From the NCBI RefSeq assembly GCF_009914755.1, contig NC_060947.1: 64,000 bases of DNA. One strand, 5' to 3'. Position 1 is the first letter of the stretch. Each line of letters starts with the position of its first letter. Under the pieces are notes generated by a model. It searched no databases and had not been told where the DNA came from. It saw only the letters and a list, made by a program, of their open reading frames with translations. A program made the position numbers and the translations under genes. Source of the DNA: the human T2T-CHM13v2.0 reference genome, Homo sapiens. Shown piece by piece: positions 63,238 through 64,000 of the stretch.

Positions 63238-64000
63238 TGAGCATCTCCCACTGAAAGACTAGACCATCAAGAAGACTGGCACACTGAGAGCAGATCCTTG
63301 GAAGAAAGGCATTGGGAATGGATGGAGGGAGAATGTAGACCCTGGTCTGAAGAGGGTGGAAGCTGGAAATACAGCACAGGACTGCCAAGCATTAGGACTC
63401 ATTACTGGCCCTCAGCAGCTTTTGGGGAAAGGGTGGGTTAAATAGGTGAGGAGTGGACCACTGTTACCACAGGCCTCCGGAATCCTAGCACAGGAGATTC
63501 CATGACCACTAAAGACATTTGAGCCAACAGGGAGAGCTTCTTAGAGAGGTGGCAGGGACACAACTCTAGCATGTGCAGAGCCCAGAGGGTTTGGCACAGG
63601 AATGGCAGCAGTGGATCACCGCCAGGATGCCCATCCCCCAAGGCTCGCCACACTCCTCTAAGTGGCTTTGGCCTTTGTTGACTGTCGGACCTGAACAAAG
63701 CAGGTCAGTCTTGCCTGTGGGACAGGGCCAGTCTGATCTGAGCACCACCTGTCTGCCAGTATTTTCCAGGGTCTCTGCCTGGCCATGCCCCATTGCAGCG
63801 CAGACTCAGATGACCAACTGGAGTTCTTCCTGGCAGTCCCGGCCATAGCTCCTTCACTGGAAGACCCTGTCTAACCATTAGAGAGCTTCAGCAGATGGGT
63901 CCCCAATGAATTGCACCCACCTGCAGCCTCTTTCTACCGCTTTGCCAGCACACATGCATGCATGGAACTCACCACCTCTACCCCGCCCCTGCTGGTGCAC
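63238..64000 (+). mobile_element. L1P4-type (PA13-16) 5'UTR, continuing beyond the window
   Basis: CTCCCACTGAAAGACTAGACCATCAAGAAGACTGGCACACT...CAGATCCTTGGAAG; GC-richer L1 5'UTR motifs. Confidence 0.7.

Overview
This is primate, most likely human or great-ape, non-coding genomic DNA: AT-rich and intergenic or deep-intronic. I see no credible protein-coding gene, tRNA, rRNA or CRISPR array. Almost every ORF in the supplied track derives from Alu, L1, LTR or microsatellite sequence. About half the window is recognisable interspersed repeat: 23 Alus, a CpG-rich LTR12C (ERV9) solo LTR at 2079-3456, other ERV1/MaLR LTRs (two MER4-family copies, MER50, MER21, MLT1, MST), decayed L1 pieces of several ages, L2/MIR relics, DNA-transposon relics (MER82, MER5, MER58) and STRs. 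Subfamily names come from recalled consensus motifs, not from a search, and repeat boundaries are approximate. The most interesting signals are structural. (1) An AluY with mismatched flanks joins two different 3'-truncated LTRs, the signature of an Alu-Alu recombination deletion. (2) The LTR12C promoter lies directly upstream of an inverted Alu pair and carries a C-rich expansion and a mutated GATA box. (3) A 75-bp copy of an L1 segment sits about 0.83 kb from its source. (4) An L1 5'UTR/ORF1 start is fused to an Alu whose tail is an RFC1-like AAAGG/AAGGC repeat. I found no convincing novel gene system.
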